From the IMG/VR virus record IMGVR_UViG_3300020215_000022: a DNA stretch of 44,197 nt. One strand, written 5' to 3'. The position numbers and the translations under genes are program-made. The notes below the pieces were generated by a model that saw only the letters and a list, made by a program, of their open reading frames with translations, did not search any database and had not been told where the DNA came from. The DNA comes from a virus. Each line of letters opens with the position of its first letter. Positions within the stretch are counted from its first letter, which is position 1. Positions 12,991-22,153 of this stretch are shown piece by piece.

Positions 12991-14853
12991 CTATTGACCG
13001 TTTGGCGCGGTGGATAGGGCGGTCCCTATTCCGACGCCGAGGGTAAGGCGGCCCATCACTTCGCCGAACAGCTTCTGGGCCGCCGGATCTTCCGCCGCCA
13101 GCTTCTGAAGCTCCTGTAGCGCGAGCCTGCGCTCATTCTCTCCGAGACGGACGTTCAGGGCGATATTGGCCCGTTCAATGGCTTGGGGGCTGTAGAGGCG
13201 GTTTCCGGCCGCCGCCAAGCCAACGCTAGCCGCCGCCGGAGCCGCCAAGGCCGCCATCGCCGCATCGGGGTGTCCGGTGAGCAGGGCGCCGCCTGCGGAC
13301 ACCGGAGCGGTCAGCGCAGCCAGCAAGCCAGCCCGGTCAGCCGTACCGCTGTTGGGAACCTGAGAGGGGAGAACAGACTTGGCCGCAGCGCCGACCTCGG
13401 AATTGGCCAGCTCGCCGCGCACGAACCCTCGCTTGCGGATTCGCGCGTCACCCATCTTCTGCGCCTGTTCATATTGGGCTGGCGTGTAGAGACCGTCCGA
13501 GCCTTTGGCGGCGGCGTTTTCAATGACCACGAGGTCGTTCCACGCGGCGTCCAGTTCGGAGAGCCGCTTGGCGAACTCAGGGTTTTGGCGAGCCGCGGCG
13601 TCCTCAATCGCTCCCCTGACCCCCTTTAGGGCCTCGCCCATCGCCTGGTGATCTGGATCGGGGCTCTTCGAGAAACGGGCGATTTCGCTGTCAAGCTCGC
13701 TGGTAACGCGCTTGTACATGTCGCCAGAGAGAATGCCCCCGTCGGCATTGAACCGGGAGGCCACGCGTTGCTCAACGATCTTTGCGAGGCGCGCTTGGTT
13801 GTCAGGCGTCAGGGTCTCTGTCGTACTCCTGATGTTGGCGAAGCTCCGGCCCATATCGTCATCAATCTTCACGCCGCCCGTGGGCAAAAGTTCTTCGTAG
13901 CCTTTGGAAATCGTGTCGCCGACGTGCTTGATAGCCGCCGAGCCCTTCATGCCGGGCGGGACCATCGCGCCCATCCGCTCCAGAGCGCGGCGGTTGTTCG
14001 AGGCAACGTAGGATTCGACGCTGCCGATCCTGGCGGCCGTGATCTGCGGACCAAGGATCGGTAACGAGGTGGCCGCGTCTTCCGCCATCTTGGCCGCACC
14101 TCCCCTGATCTGGCCGGGGGTCATCTGCACGCCTTCTTTGGCCATGGTTTGCACGCCTGAGGGGATGGGCCTCGGCCTCTTCGCCCCGAGCCTCGCCCCC
14201 ACGGCAGACACCACAAGCGGCGCACCTGCGCCCATCGCCATGCTCGGCAGGATGGTCTCTGAAGCCCCCTCGATCCGCTCAGGCAGAGAGCCTTCGTTGC
14301 CAAGCGCATAGGCGGGCCCGACGGTCCCCGCCGCGACACTGGAACGGGCGGCGTTCATGCCGTGTTGACCCGCGCGGCCGGCCATCGTGGGGGCCGTTAC
14401 GGGTCGAACGGCTGTGTTCAACGCCTTGGGGCCAGGGAGCAGAAGCGAAGCCCCCAGACCCGCGCCTTGGGCGGTGTTGGCCACGTAGGGGTGGCGTTGC
14501 TCATAGTCCTTTTCGACCTCGGATAGCCGTTCCCTGTTGGCTTCCACCTGTGCGGCGTAGCGTTGGGAAGCCCCAGGGTCCAGCGTGGGGCCAAGAAGCA
14601 GGGACCGCGCCGCATCGCCAGGGCGTTGAACTGCGGCGGCGAGGCCCGTCTGAATATCGCGGTAAAAGGGGATCTTACCTTCCAAGTTCGCCCATGCGCC
14701 GGAAATATCGTCCAAAACGTTGGGCTTGCGGTTGGGCGACGCCGCAGACCTCACGATCCCGCGCCGCTGGGCTTCCTCATAGGCGGCCTTCTGCTGGGGG
14801 TTCATCAGGCCCCGGCGGTAGGCTTCAGCTAGGAGTTGCTGGCGGTCGGGCAT
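12991..14853 (-). CDS. Large internal virion / ejection-type protein (by position and composition)
   Basis: 620 aa, Ala/Gly-rich with hydrophobic C-terminal segments. It is the last of four consecutive genes between the tail genes and the tailspike, as in T7-like gene order. No catalytic motif was recognised. Confidence 0.5.
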   Translation of the reverse strand: MPDRQQLLAEAYRRGLMNPQQKAAYEEAQRRGIVRSAASPNRKPNVLDDISGAWANLEGKIPFYRDIQTGLAAAVQRPGDAARSLLLGPTLDPGASQRYAAQVEANRERLSEVEKDYEQRHPYVANTAQGAGLGASLLLPGPKALNTAVRPVTAPTMAGRAGQHGMNAARSSVAAGTVGPAYALGNEGSLPERIEGASETILPSMAMGAGAPLVVSAVGARLGAKRPRPIPSGVQTMAKEGVQMTPGQIRGGAAKMAEDAATSLPILGPQITAARIGSVESYVASNNRRALERMGAMVPPGMKGSAAIKHVGDTISKGYEELLPTGGVKIDDDMGRSFANIRSTTETLTPDNQARLAKIVEQRVASRFNADGGILSGDMYKRVTSELDSEIARFSKSPDPDHQAMGEALKGVRGAIEDAAARQNPEFAKRLSELDAAWNDLVVIENAAAKGSDGLYTPAQYEQAQKMGDARIRKRGFVRGELANSEVGAAAKSVLPSQVPNSGTADRAGLLAALTAPVSAGGALLTGHPDAAMAALAAPAAASVGLAAAGNRLYSPQAIERANIALNVRLGENERRLALQELQKLAAEDPAAQKLFGEVMGRLTLGVGIGTALSTAPNGQ

Positions 14854-15558
14854 CTACAGTCCCAGGGCCTTCCTGATCTCGTCATCGGACATGCGGCCAA
14901 CACCGGAATCGCCCGATCGCACGGGGCGGTTGCCGCCGGGGCGGGCCCTGGGGTTGGGCGGGCCCCGCGAAGCGCCGGGCGGGGTCTTGTAGGCTTCAAC
15001 GAAGCCGAGGCGGTTGCGAATGTCCCGATAGTGTTCCTCGACCTTTGTCAGGCTCTTGCGCAGCTCTTCCGGCGACTGTTTCTGGTCGAGGCTGGCCACG
15101 GTCGCCGCCAGGAGTTCCAGTTCCCGCTCGGTGACGTTGCCCACGGCGCCGCCGGTCGGCGAATTATCGCGCATCTCCTGCAGCCGGTCGAAGGCGAGGT
15201 TCGCCTTAAGCGTGTTGACCTTGGTCTCCAGGTCCGCCGCGTTCGTGCCCCCGATCTTTTTCACGGCCGGGCCAAGGAAGCCGGCGGAAAACGGCCCAAC
15301 AAGCCCCTGCGCTTCGCGGATCGTGCCGAGCATGTTCTGGGCCGTTCGCACCCTGCCGTCGTTGGATAGCTGTTGCCGCGCCGCCTTCGTGGCCTCTTGG
15401 CTGCCTGGGATGGGTTCCACACCGCCCTGCGCCGACTGCCGGTAGCCGGCAGGGATGGAGCCCTCTTTCAGTACAACGGGCTGTCCGCCCCTGACCACGA
15501 TCCTGCGGCCATCGGGAAGCGTCCCGGTCTTGCCTTCGTGTGCGGCCCAATCCTGCAT
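14854..15558 (-). CDS. Internal virion protein candidate
   Basis: 234 aa. The stop abuts the next ATG (14853/14854). Function is assigned by position only. Confidence 0.45.
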   Translation of the reverse strand: MQDWAAHEGKTGTLPDGRRIVVRGGQPVVLKEGSIPAGYRQSAQGGVEPIPGSQEATKAARQQLSNDGRVRTAQNMLGTIREAQGLVGPFSAGFLGPAVKKIGGTNAADLETKVNTLKANLAFDRLQEMRDNSPTGGAVGNVTERELELLAATVASLDQKQSPEELRKSLTKVEEHYRDIRNRLGFVEAYKTPPGASRGPPNPRARPGGNRPVRSGDSGVGRMSDDEIRKALGL

Positions 15559-15561
15559 CGC

Positions 15562-16176
15562 CTAATCCCACTTCACATTGCTGGGGGAGACGCCGCCGCC
15601 GACGCTGATGTTGACGGCCGAGGACGGAGGCTTCTTGGCGTTGAACCAGCCGATCGCCTGCTGCCCCTCACGATACTTGATCAGGGCCGCCAACTCTTCC
15701 TTGCGCATGCCCAAGGCGTCGGCCGCCTGTTGGACCCGGAAATCCAGGTCCGCCGCCTGGTGGGCTTCTTGCGCCCGGTTGTGCCCTGCGGTTTCCTTCT
15801 CCACGTGCGACTGTGGGCGCTGTCCGGTGAAGGCCGTTCCTTGCGGCGTCTGGGTGAAGGTGTGGCCGCCGTCCATCCCAAGGACCGGCGCCGTGACAGG
15901 CCGCACCCCAGGCCCGCCCATGCGGGTCTGGCCACCGGAGAGGGTGGCGGGCTCATAGCCCTTCTGCAAGGTCTTGAGCATCCCCTCGGGGTCGAGAGCC
16001 AGCATCATCGCCGCCGTGGGGTCGGACTTGCCGATCTTGCGCTGAAGGTCCTGGAGCTGCTCGCGTTGCTGGATGGCGGCATGCTGGCCGGCGACGCGCG
16101 CGGCCTGGGCGTCCCGGCTCTGACTGATGGTCTTGCCACCGGCAACGTCGTCAAGGGTTCGCCAAAAGCCCATCAC
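15562..16176 (-). CDS. Internal virion protein candidate
   Basis: 204 aa. GTG 16176 or ATG 16173 overlaps the upstream stop. Function is assigned by position only. Confidence 0.45.
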   Translation of the reverse strand: MMGFWRTLDDVAGGKTISQSRDAQAARVAGQHAAIQQREQLQDLQRKIGKSDPTAAMMLALDPEGMLKTLQKGYEPATLSGGQTRMGGPGVRPVTAPVLGMDGGHTFTQTPQGTAFTGQRPQSHVEKETAGHNRAQEAHQAADLDFRVQQAADALGMRKEELAALIKYREGQQAIGWFNAKKPPSSAVNISVGGGVSPSNVKWD

Positions 16177-17306
16177 TTACCCCCGTAGGAACCGGTGACA
16201 CTTGCGCCGATCGATTTGGACTTGCTGCTCTCGGTGCCGGAGCTGGTCCTGGTCCCCGTCTGCGGGATGAGGCCAAGGGACTGGTTGATGATCTGCTGCC
16301 AATCGACGTTCGCGCCCTGGTCGGTCCTGTGTTCGTCAAGGGCCGCGTCTATGCCCGCCTGACGGTTGCCCTGGATGGCGTCGCCTACACCTCCGAGAAG
16401 GGCGATGTCGCCGAACGCCTGGTCCCTCTGCTGGCCCGAAAGCCCGCTAAGGACGCCAGCCCCGACAAGGCTGCGGTTGGCCGCGTCGGCGCCCTGATTT
16501 GCGTTGAAGGTGTCGGCTGAGAGCTTGGTGCCGATACCGAACTGTTTGGCCGCATCGGAGCGCCTTGCCATGTCCAGGGCTTGCTGTAGCTGCAGTTGGG
16601 CGTTGTTGGTCGCCACAGACGCGTCCTGGCCCTGGTTGAGGGCTTGGGCGTTCATCCCCTGCGCCGCTTCGTTCTGCGCCGCGCCGAGGGCGGTGTTGAA
16701 GCCCGCCGCTCGGGTGTTGGCCGCCGTCGATCCCGCCGCCCGCGCAAAGGTGTCGTCGGTGTTGTCACGAAGGCCGAAGAGCTGGGTGCCCCGGAACGCC
16801 CCCGCCTTGGTGGCGTACCCCGCATTGTCGCGCTGGGCGATCTGCCTTTGCCGGTCGAGGTCGGAAAGGGAAGCGTCAACAACGCTGTCCGTCCACGGGT
16901 TCATGAAGCGGTCGATACCGGCTTGGTCCACCCCGCCGTAATTCACGTCGCGGATGGCGCTCCGGTTGATGCCCACGCTGGAGGGGGCGAACGCTTCGTA
17001 GCCGCCGGTGGTGATCGGCTGGGGGGCATAGCCCGCCCCCTGTGTGGCCGACGCAATGGCCTGGCTTAGCGTGTCTCCGCCGATATTGGCTCCAGAAGCG
17101 GTCCTGGCGCGGTCCTGGGCGGTGAGCTGGTCTTCGTTGAAGTCCGCCACCAAGGGGCCGGTGAAGGGCCTGTAGGGGTCTGTGGAGCGGACCTGATCGA
17201 CGTTGCCGTACAGGGCCCCGGCAAGCCTGGGATCGAGCGTGTCGGTGGTCGAGTTGTTGAACCGGCCAGAACTGGACGATTTGCTGCCGCTAAGTGTGCC
17301 GCTCAT
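16173..17306 (-). CDS. Internal virion protein candidate (Gln/Ala/Gly-rich)
   Basis: 377 aa of low-complexity Q/A/N/G-rich sequence, typical of podovirus core or ejection proteins. Function is assigned by position only. Confidence 0.45.
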   Translation of the reverse strand: MSGTLSGSKSSSSGRFNNSTTDTLDPRLAGALYGNVDQVRSTDPYRPFTGPLVADFNEDQLTAQDRARTASGANIGGDTLSQAIASATQGAGYAPQPITTGGYEAFAPSSVGINRSAIRDVNYGGVDQAGIDRFMNPWTDSVVDASLSDLDRQRQIAQRDNAGYATKAGAFRGTQLFGLRDNTDDTFARAAGSTAANTRAAGFNTALGAAQNEAAQGMNAQALNQGQDASVATNNAQLQLQQALDMARRSDAAKQFGIGTKLSADTFNANQGADAANRSLVGAGVLSGLSGQQRDQAFGDIALLGGVGDAIQGNRQAGIDAALDEHRTDQGANVDWQQIINQSLGLIPQTGTRTSSGTESSKSKSIGASVTGSYGGK

Positions 17307-17307
17307 A

Positions 17308-17736
17308 TCACAACTCCTTGCCCAGCGCCGTCCAGAACGGGGCGTAACCGTGTTTTTCGAGAACCCTCGACCATCCGCGCCGCCCCTTGCCGTAGACGCC
17401 CGTCAGGCGCTTGCAGCCCATCTTGCGGGCGAAGTCCTCGATAACCGGATGCATGTCTTCCAGAAGCTCCCGAAGGTCCCCGCCGAGGAGCCAGAAGTTG
17501 AGGATGCGGGCCTTGGGGAACTCCAGGAACTCCGTGATCGCCGCGCATCGTTTGCCGGGCCAGAAGAGCACTTCCCCGTCCATGATCCGCCGCTCGACAT
17601 CCTCGATCCCGTAGAGGTCGCCCCGGCTGACCGCCGCCTCGATCCACGGCCTGCATCTGATCCACTCGGCAGATGGGTCCAGGGCGTCGAAATTGGCGTT
17701 CAGTTTGCGGCCCCAAAATTCGCCGTCCGCCATCAC
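17308..17736 (-). CDS. Conserved phage protein, possibly GNAT-fold
   Basis: 142 aa. The C-terminus FARKMGCKRLTGVYGKGRRGWSRVLEKHGY vaguely resembles acetyltransferase-fold phage proteins. The fold call is low confidence. Confidence 0.6.
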   Translation of the reverse strand: MMADGEFWGRKLNANFDALDPSAEWIRCRPWIEAAVSRGDLYGIEDVERRIMDGEVLFWPGKRCAAITEFLEFPKARILNFWLLGGDLRELLEDMHPVIEDFARKMGCKRLTGVYGKGRRGWSRVLEKHGYAPFWTALGKEL

Positions 17737-17939
17737 ACGGCCGTGGTCGTAAGGGCGCCGGCGTTATCCACCTGCAAGGCCCAGAATGAGCCGTTCGGGG
17801 CCTTTAGGATCACCCGGCCGTTTAGGACGTAGTAGTCTGTCCCCCGCTTGATGTTCTGGAGGTCGGCGGCCTTGATTTCCTGGCGCAGGCGGGACTGATC
17901 GGACTGTGAATAATCCGCGGGCGCGCTCGGAAGGTTCAC
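17733..17939 (-). CDS. Small virion-module protein
   Basis: 68 aa, overlapping both neighbours by 4 nt. Confidence 0.6.
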   Translation of the reverse strand: MNLPSAPADYSQSDQSRLRQEIKAADLQNIKRGTDYYVLNGRVILKAPNGSFWALQVDNAGALTTTAV

Positions 17940-19438
17940 CGCCTGGCCCCCGCCATGGTGAGATCCAGCCTGTCGCTCCCATAACGGTCATCCCCACCGC
18001 CGGGGAACTCCACCTTCATCCTGATCTGCCTTGCCTGGAACCGGGTGTTGGTGGGCTGGGCGGATGTGAACGGGCCGTGGGTGGTCTCGGCGTCGGTCGG
18101 GTGGTTGGCGGCGTAGAAGGTGCGCCGAACGTCCCCCAGCGTCCCTTCGTCGGGGATGATGTTCATGACGTTCATCAACTGCTCGCCGGTCCCAATCTCG
18201 ATAGGGCCGGTTTCGGCGAAGGGCGTCAGGCCGCCATAGGAGAACCCGGTTTCCATTAGAAGGACGTTGCCCGAAGCGTCACAGCCCAAGGGTAGCGAAA
18301 AGCCCCCTCCCCGCTCGGTTGCGCAGAGCCTTGCGACGGTCGAGTTGATCTCCCCCTTCGCCCAATGGCCTTCGCGGTGGTTGAACCGCACGTAGCAGTC
18401 GTTCTCACCCGAGCCCGAGGCGGAAGGATAGAACCACGTCACCTCGTCGTAGGCGGGCTCGTAATAGGCGGTGACCTTGGACCTTTGGGTGGTGTCGAAA
18501 TCGGCAAAAACCGCATCCCGCACATCGCACGGGATCACGTCCACCTGCCCGCCATTGTAGAACCAAAAGCCGTTTTCACCCATCCAGAACACGAGGTTGT
18601 CCGAGGCGGCGACAAAGGCTCGTTGGGCGACAAGGCCGCAGCCGGTCCCCACCCGCTCAAAGCCGTATTGAAGCCTGGCGTCGATGTAGGTGGCGCGGTG
18701 GACATCGGTGTCGGTGAAGATGATCGTGGCGCCCGTCACCCGGCATCCGGCCATCAGCTTGCCGCGGGTCTGGATCGAGTAGGAGCCGGCCTGGACCGTT
18801 GCGGAGGGTGTCCACACATCGTAATCGAACTGATCGGACCAGGCCACCTGACGCGGGTCAGTCCCGATGCCGAGGGCCATTACGAAGCCCTCGTTGGTGA
18901 CAACGATCGCCCTCACCCCCGTGGGCGCATTGGACGACATCAGGACCGCGTCCGTCGAGGTGTCCAGCCCCCAGCGCCAAATCCGGCCATCGCTGCCGTT
19001 GCAGGCCAGGAGGATTTCGCCGAAGGTGTCCAGCGACCAGACCGTGACCGGGGTTAACGACCCATCGTCGGGCCGCGCGTCGCCATAGTTGCCGTAGCTG
19101 TAGAGATAGGTTCCGTACCCGCCCGCAGTGGACGCGTCGGCGTAGCCCTCGAACAGGCCGGCAGGGGTGATATCGATAACCGCCCCCGCCCCATCCACGG
19201 CGTAGAGCTTCTGGTGGGTTCCCACCGCTATCCACGGCTGGCCATTGTTGGCAAGCCAGGTGATGATGGCCCTCGCCTTCCCCGTCAGCGCCGAATCCGA
19301 GTGAGTGGCCCAGCCGCCCATCGGGCGAAGCGTTTGGTCCAGCCAACGGACCAGAAGGCTTTTCCGCCACCGGCCCTTTGACTGGTACATGGTCCCGTTG
19401 GCGTGCTGGCCCTGGGGGATGTTCAGCGGGAAGAGCAT
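17936..19438 (-). CDS. Putative tail (nozzle / tail-tubular-B-like) protein
   Basis: ATG 19438 shares 1 nt with the tail-fiber stop. 500 aa. The N-terminus is [43 protein letters not shown]. It looks beta-rich. The track ORF extends further, to 19600. Confidence 0.5.
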   Translation of the reverse strand: MLFPLNIPQGQHANGTMYQSKGRWRKSLLVRWLDQTLRPMGGWATHSDSALTGKARAIITWLANNGQPWIAVGTHQKLYAVDGAGAVIDITPAGLFEGYADASTAGGYGTYLYSYGNYGDARPDDGSLTPVTVWSLDTFGEILLACNGSDGRIWRWGLDTSTDAVLMSSNAPTGVRAIVVTNEGFVMALGIGTDPRQVAWSDQFDYDVWTPSATVQAGSYSIQTRGKLMAGCRVTGATIIFTDTDVHRATYIDARLQYGFERVGTGCGLVAQRAFVAASDNLVFWMGENGFWFYNGGQVDVIPCDVRDAVFADFDTTQRSKVTAYYEPAYDEVTWFYPSASGSGENDCYVRFNHREGHWAKGEINSTVARLCATERGGGFSLPLGCDASGNVLLMETGFSYGGLTPFAETGPIEIGTGEQLMNVMNIIPDEGTLGDVRRTFYAANHPTDAETTHGPFTSAQPTNTRFQARQIRMKVEFPGGGDDRYGSDRLDLTMAGARR

Positions 19439-20241
19439 CAGGTGATGGCGTCCCCGCTGACTACCCAAACGTCGGAACCAAGGTGGACAAGGCGCACGAC
19501 GCCCGCGGTCATGGTCCGGTTGGCGTCGGCGCCGAGGTAGTTCAACGTCACGCCAAGGCCCCGCGTCAGAGTGTAGGTGAGGCTGGTGTACAGCAGGCAT
19601 TCAAACCCGGCCGGGTAGGCTGTGCTGCTGGTCGGGTTGATTGTCACCGTCGCGGCGTTGCTCTGCACGATGACGAGCTTGCCGATGTAGGAGAGCGCCA
19701 GCGCGAAGCTGCCCCCAACGGTGACGACCGGACGCCCCGCCCACCCGATATCGGAGGCCGTAGGCGCCGCCCGCAAGGTGTTGAGGCCGCCCGCCGTCGT
19801 GGTCAGGAAGCCCGTCACGTCCAGGGTGCTGGAAAAGGTCCCCGTGGTCGCCGCGATGGAGCCGCCGGACTGCGAACCGGTGAGGTTACCGGTCACATTG
19901 CCCGTTACGTTTCCCGTGACGTTGCCGACCACCGCGCCCGACCAACCGGCCGAGGAGAACGTCCCCCGCGAGACGCCCCCCGTGGTGACGTTGAACACAT
20001 CGGCCCCGGACCAGTAGAACCCGGTGTTGAGGTCGCCGGCAAAGGTGATGCTTGGCGTTCCAACAAGGCCGACGGCCGCCACCAACGCCCCGGTCAAGGT
20101 CCCGCCCGCCTTGGGAAGCAGGGTCGCCATGGTGGTGTCGATGGTGTCGAAGTTGGCGTTCACCTTCCCGCCCCAGGTCGAGGCGGAAGCCCCGACTTCT
20201 GGCTTGGTCAGGCCGTAGTTGATGGTGGTTGTGTCGGCCAT
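19438..20241 (-). CDS. Tail fiber protein
   Basis: The classic fiber N-terminus [47 protein letters not shown] is present. There is an internal (G-N-V/L-T)x4 repeat. Confidence 0.85.
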   Translation of the reverse strand: MADTTTINYGLTKPEVGASASTWGGKVNANFDTIDTTMATLLPKAGGTLTGALVAAVGLVGTPSITFAGDLNTGFYWSGADVFNVTTGGVSRGTFSSAGWSGAVVGNVTGNVTGNVTGNLTGSQSGGSIAATTGTFSSTLDVTGFLTTTAGGLNTLRAAPTASDIGWAGRPVVTVGGSFALALSYIGKLVIVQSNAATVTINPTSSTAYPAGFECLLYTSLTYTLTRGLGVTLNYLGADANRTMTAGVVRLVHLGSDVWVVSGDAIT

Positions 20242-20652
20242 TTAATTCCCGATCTGGTCGATGGCGTAGCCGGAGGGCGTGGGTTTCCAGGCCCCGCGCA
20301 TCTTGGCGCTCATGGTCAGGGCCCCGAGGGTGATGGCCGCGGCGGCGTTTCTTCCAGCGATGGTTCCCGCGGCGGAGATCGTCACGGCGTCCAATGTGAT
20401 CGCCGAGGCGGCCTTTAGGGCTAGCGTCGCGGCCGAAGAAAGCGTCACCGGGTCAAGAGTGATCGCTCCCGAGCCCTTCAGCGCCAACGACCCCGCGGAA
20501 GAGACGGTCAGCGCATCAAGGGTGATCGCGGACGCAGCCTTCAGGGCTACGGTTCCCGCGGAGGAGACGGTTAGAGCGTCTAGCGTGATGTCCGCTGACG
20601 CTGAAATCCCGCCACCCGCCGCAGCGGTCCTAAAGAGCAGCAGAAGCGACAT
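20242..20652 (-). CDS. Tail-associated protein built from about 21-aa tandem repeats
   Basis: 136 aa with five copies of AITLDALTVSSAG-x-LALKAAS-like units. It lies directly upstream of the tail fiber. Confidence 0.7.
   Translation of the reverse strand: MSLLLLFRTAAAGGGISASADITLDALTVSSAGTVALKAASAITLDALTVSSAGSLALKGSGAITLDPVTLSSAATLALKAASAITLDAVTISAAGTIAGRNAAAAITLGALTMSAKMRGAWKPTPSGYAIDQIGN
20330..20600. repeat. Imperfect tandem repeat, 63-bp period, about 4-5 copies (coding)
   Basis: Units beginning GTGAT start at 20330, 20396, 20459, 20522 and 20585, giving spacings of 66, 63, 63 and 63. Confidence 0.8.
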
Positions 20653-20701
20653 TCAGCCCCCTTCAGGTGCGCTCCGGCATGGAATGTGCTAGGTCTCAGC
20701 C

Positions 20702-20833
20702 ATGGACATGCCGGGCGTGGTGCTGGAGGCTTTGCTGGGGGTGCTCGTCCTCGCGATGGTGGCGGTGCTCTACATCGGTGTCCTGCGCACCGAGCGTCAG
20801 AAGCGGCAAGAGACCGCCAAGCATTTCGACTAG
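20702..20833 (+). CDS. Possible opposite-strand single-TM micro-protein (43 aa)
   Basis: MDMPGVVLEALLGVLVLAMVAVLYIGVLRTERQKRQETAKHFD lies in the 177-nt gap of the minus-strand tail operon. About 38 of 43 third positions are G/C. No clear SD is present. Confidence 0.3.
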   Translation: MDMPGVVLEALLGVLVLAMVAVLYIGVLRTERQKRQETAKHFD

Positions 20834-21501
20834 GCCGCGCGCCTCACTCTCGCCCTGTCCCGCCACGGGCTGACGTGGACCGGCGGTGGAATGAAACACC
20901 CGCTGTTCGCCGAGCCGGAATTGACGGTCAGCGGACCATGCTTGATGCAGTTCGGCCCCTCTAAGTCCAAATGGGCCAGGATGCTTTCCGGGGCGATGGT
21001 CGCCGGGTTCACGCCCGCATAGAGCCTCGGGATGTGGGCCTCCATGTCACCGGACCAGACCGTGACCGTTCCAACGTCGATCCCGATGTTGCCGTTCAGG
21101 ACAGCGCCCGTGAACTGAGACCCGATCCTTGTCGAGACAAGACCGGTGGGGTTTCGGTTTGTTGTTGAGGTCACGATGGCGCCGCCGTTCAGCGAGACGG
21201 ACCGGCTTGTGGTCGAGAGGAACCGATAGAACATCCCGTTCCACAGCCCATCGATGTAGGTGTTGGCGCTGATCGCCGACGACGCCGCGCCTGCAGCTCT
21301 GGAAGTCGCCCGCGCCGTTCCGCTCTCCAGGGTGCACCGGTGGACTTCCAGCGCCGCCGTATCGTCGGTCAGTGAAAGGACCACGCCGAAAGACGTTGAT
21401 GGGTTTGTCTTGGCCCATGCCCAAACGCTGAACGGCAGGGTGATCCCCATGGTGCCGGCGAAATGCAGCCCGTCGCCCGCGTTGTTGGACCGCCAGGCCA
21501 C
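20830..21501 (-). CDS. Concanavalin-A-like lectin (LamG / Laminin_G_3-like) domain protein, tail-associated
   Basis: 223 aa. The pattern FSVWAWAKTN...GVVLSLTDD...WNGMFYRF...SVSLNGG...NGNIGIDVGTVTVWSGDM fits a LamG jelly-roll. The GTG 21501 start shares 1 nt with the upstream stop. Confidence 0.55.
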   Translation of the reverse strand: MAWRSNNAGDGLHFAGTMGITLPFSVWAWAKTNPSTSFGVVLSLTDDTAALEVHRCTLESGTARATSRAAGAASSAISANTYIDGLWNGMFYRFLSTTSRSVSLNGGAIVTSTTNRNPTGLVSTRIGSQFTGAVLNGNIGIDVGTVTVWSGDMEAHIPRLYAGVNPATIAPESILAHLDLEGPNCIKHGPLTVNSGSANSGCFIPPPVHVSPWRDRARVRRAA

Positions 21502-22151
21502 TAGGTCAGCACCTCGAAATTGATCCTCGCGTCGAAGGTTCCCGAGCTTGTCGGCGTCCAGGCCGTCAAGGCCTCCAGAACGCAGTAGATCGTATCGCCG
21601 CTGATCGAATAGGGAACGGGAAGGTCGTAGGACTTCGCCACGAGGTTCCCGCCGGACCCAACCCCGTCGTCCGTTCCGGTGAACGACACGTCCATGTATC
21701 CAAGGTAGTTGTCGATATCGAGCGAGGTCAGCACCAGAGCCCCGTTGTCGCCGTTGGTCACGGCGTGATCGGTCTTGAGGAAATGCGCCCTGATGCGCGC
21801 CGCGGCCGTGCCGCTCTTGGAGAGGATAAGGTCGGTGATCCGCCCCGTACCGTTCGAGCCGCCCAGAGAGGCCCCGGTGAACGACATGCGGGTGACGGAC
21901 CCGGCCGTGGTGTTGTTGGCGATCAGATCCCCGACCGCGTAGGCCGTGGTGTCGGCGGGGCGGGTGAAGGTGGCGTTGGCGGGCTGGACAACCGCAACCC
22001 CGCGCACGGGAAACGGGTTGGCCGCGTTGGCGTCCGCCGCTGATCCGTCCGCGCCGAAGCTGACCTTGACCCGCTGATACCAGACCGAGCCGACATCATC
22101 GGCGGCAATGGCCTTGTCCGCGCCTTCGTCAACGGTGACGTTATCGGCCAT
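21501..22151 (-). CDS. Virion structural protein, unknown role
   Basis: 216 aa, beta-rich, within the tail module. Confidence 0.65.
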   Translation of the reverse strand: MADNVTVDEGADKAIAADDVGSVWYQRVKVSFGADGSAADANAANPFPVRGVAVVQPANATFTRPADTTAYAVGDLIANNTTAGSVTRMSFTGASLGGSNGTGRITDLILSKSGTAAARIRAHFLKTDHAVTNGDNGALVLTSLDIDNYLGYMDVSFTGTDDGVGSGGNLVAKSYDLPVPYSISGDTIYCVLEALTAWTPTSSGTFDARINFEVLT

Positions 22152-22153
22152 CT

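Noticed and set aside
20330-20600. CRISPR-like array
   Set aside because: The repeats are contiguous with no unique spacers, are diverged, and lie in-frame within a coding gene. No cas genes are present.
19438-21501. Diversity-generating retroelement acting on the tail fiber / LamG-like genes
   Set aside because: No reverse transcriptase ORF and no template/variable repeat pair were seen anywhere in the genome. The 63-bp repeats are in-frame structural repeats.
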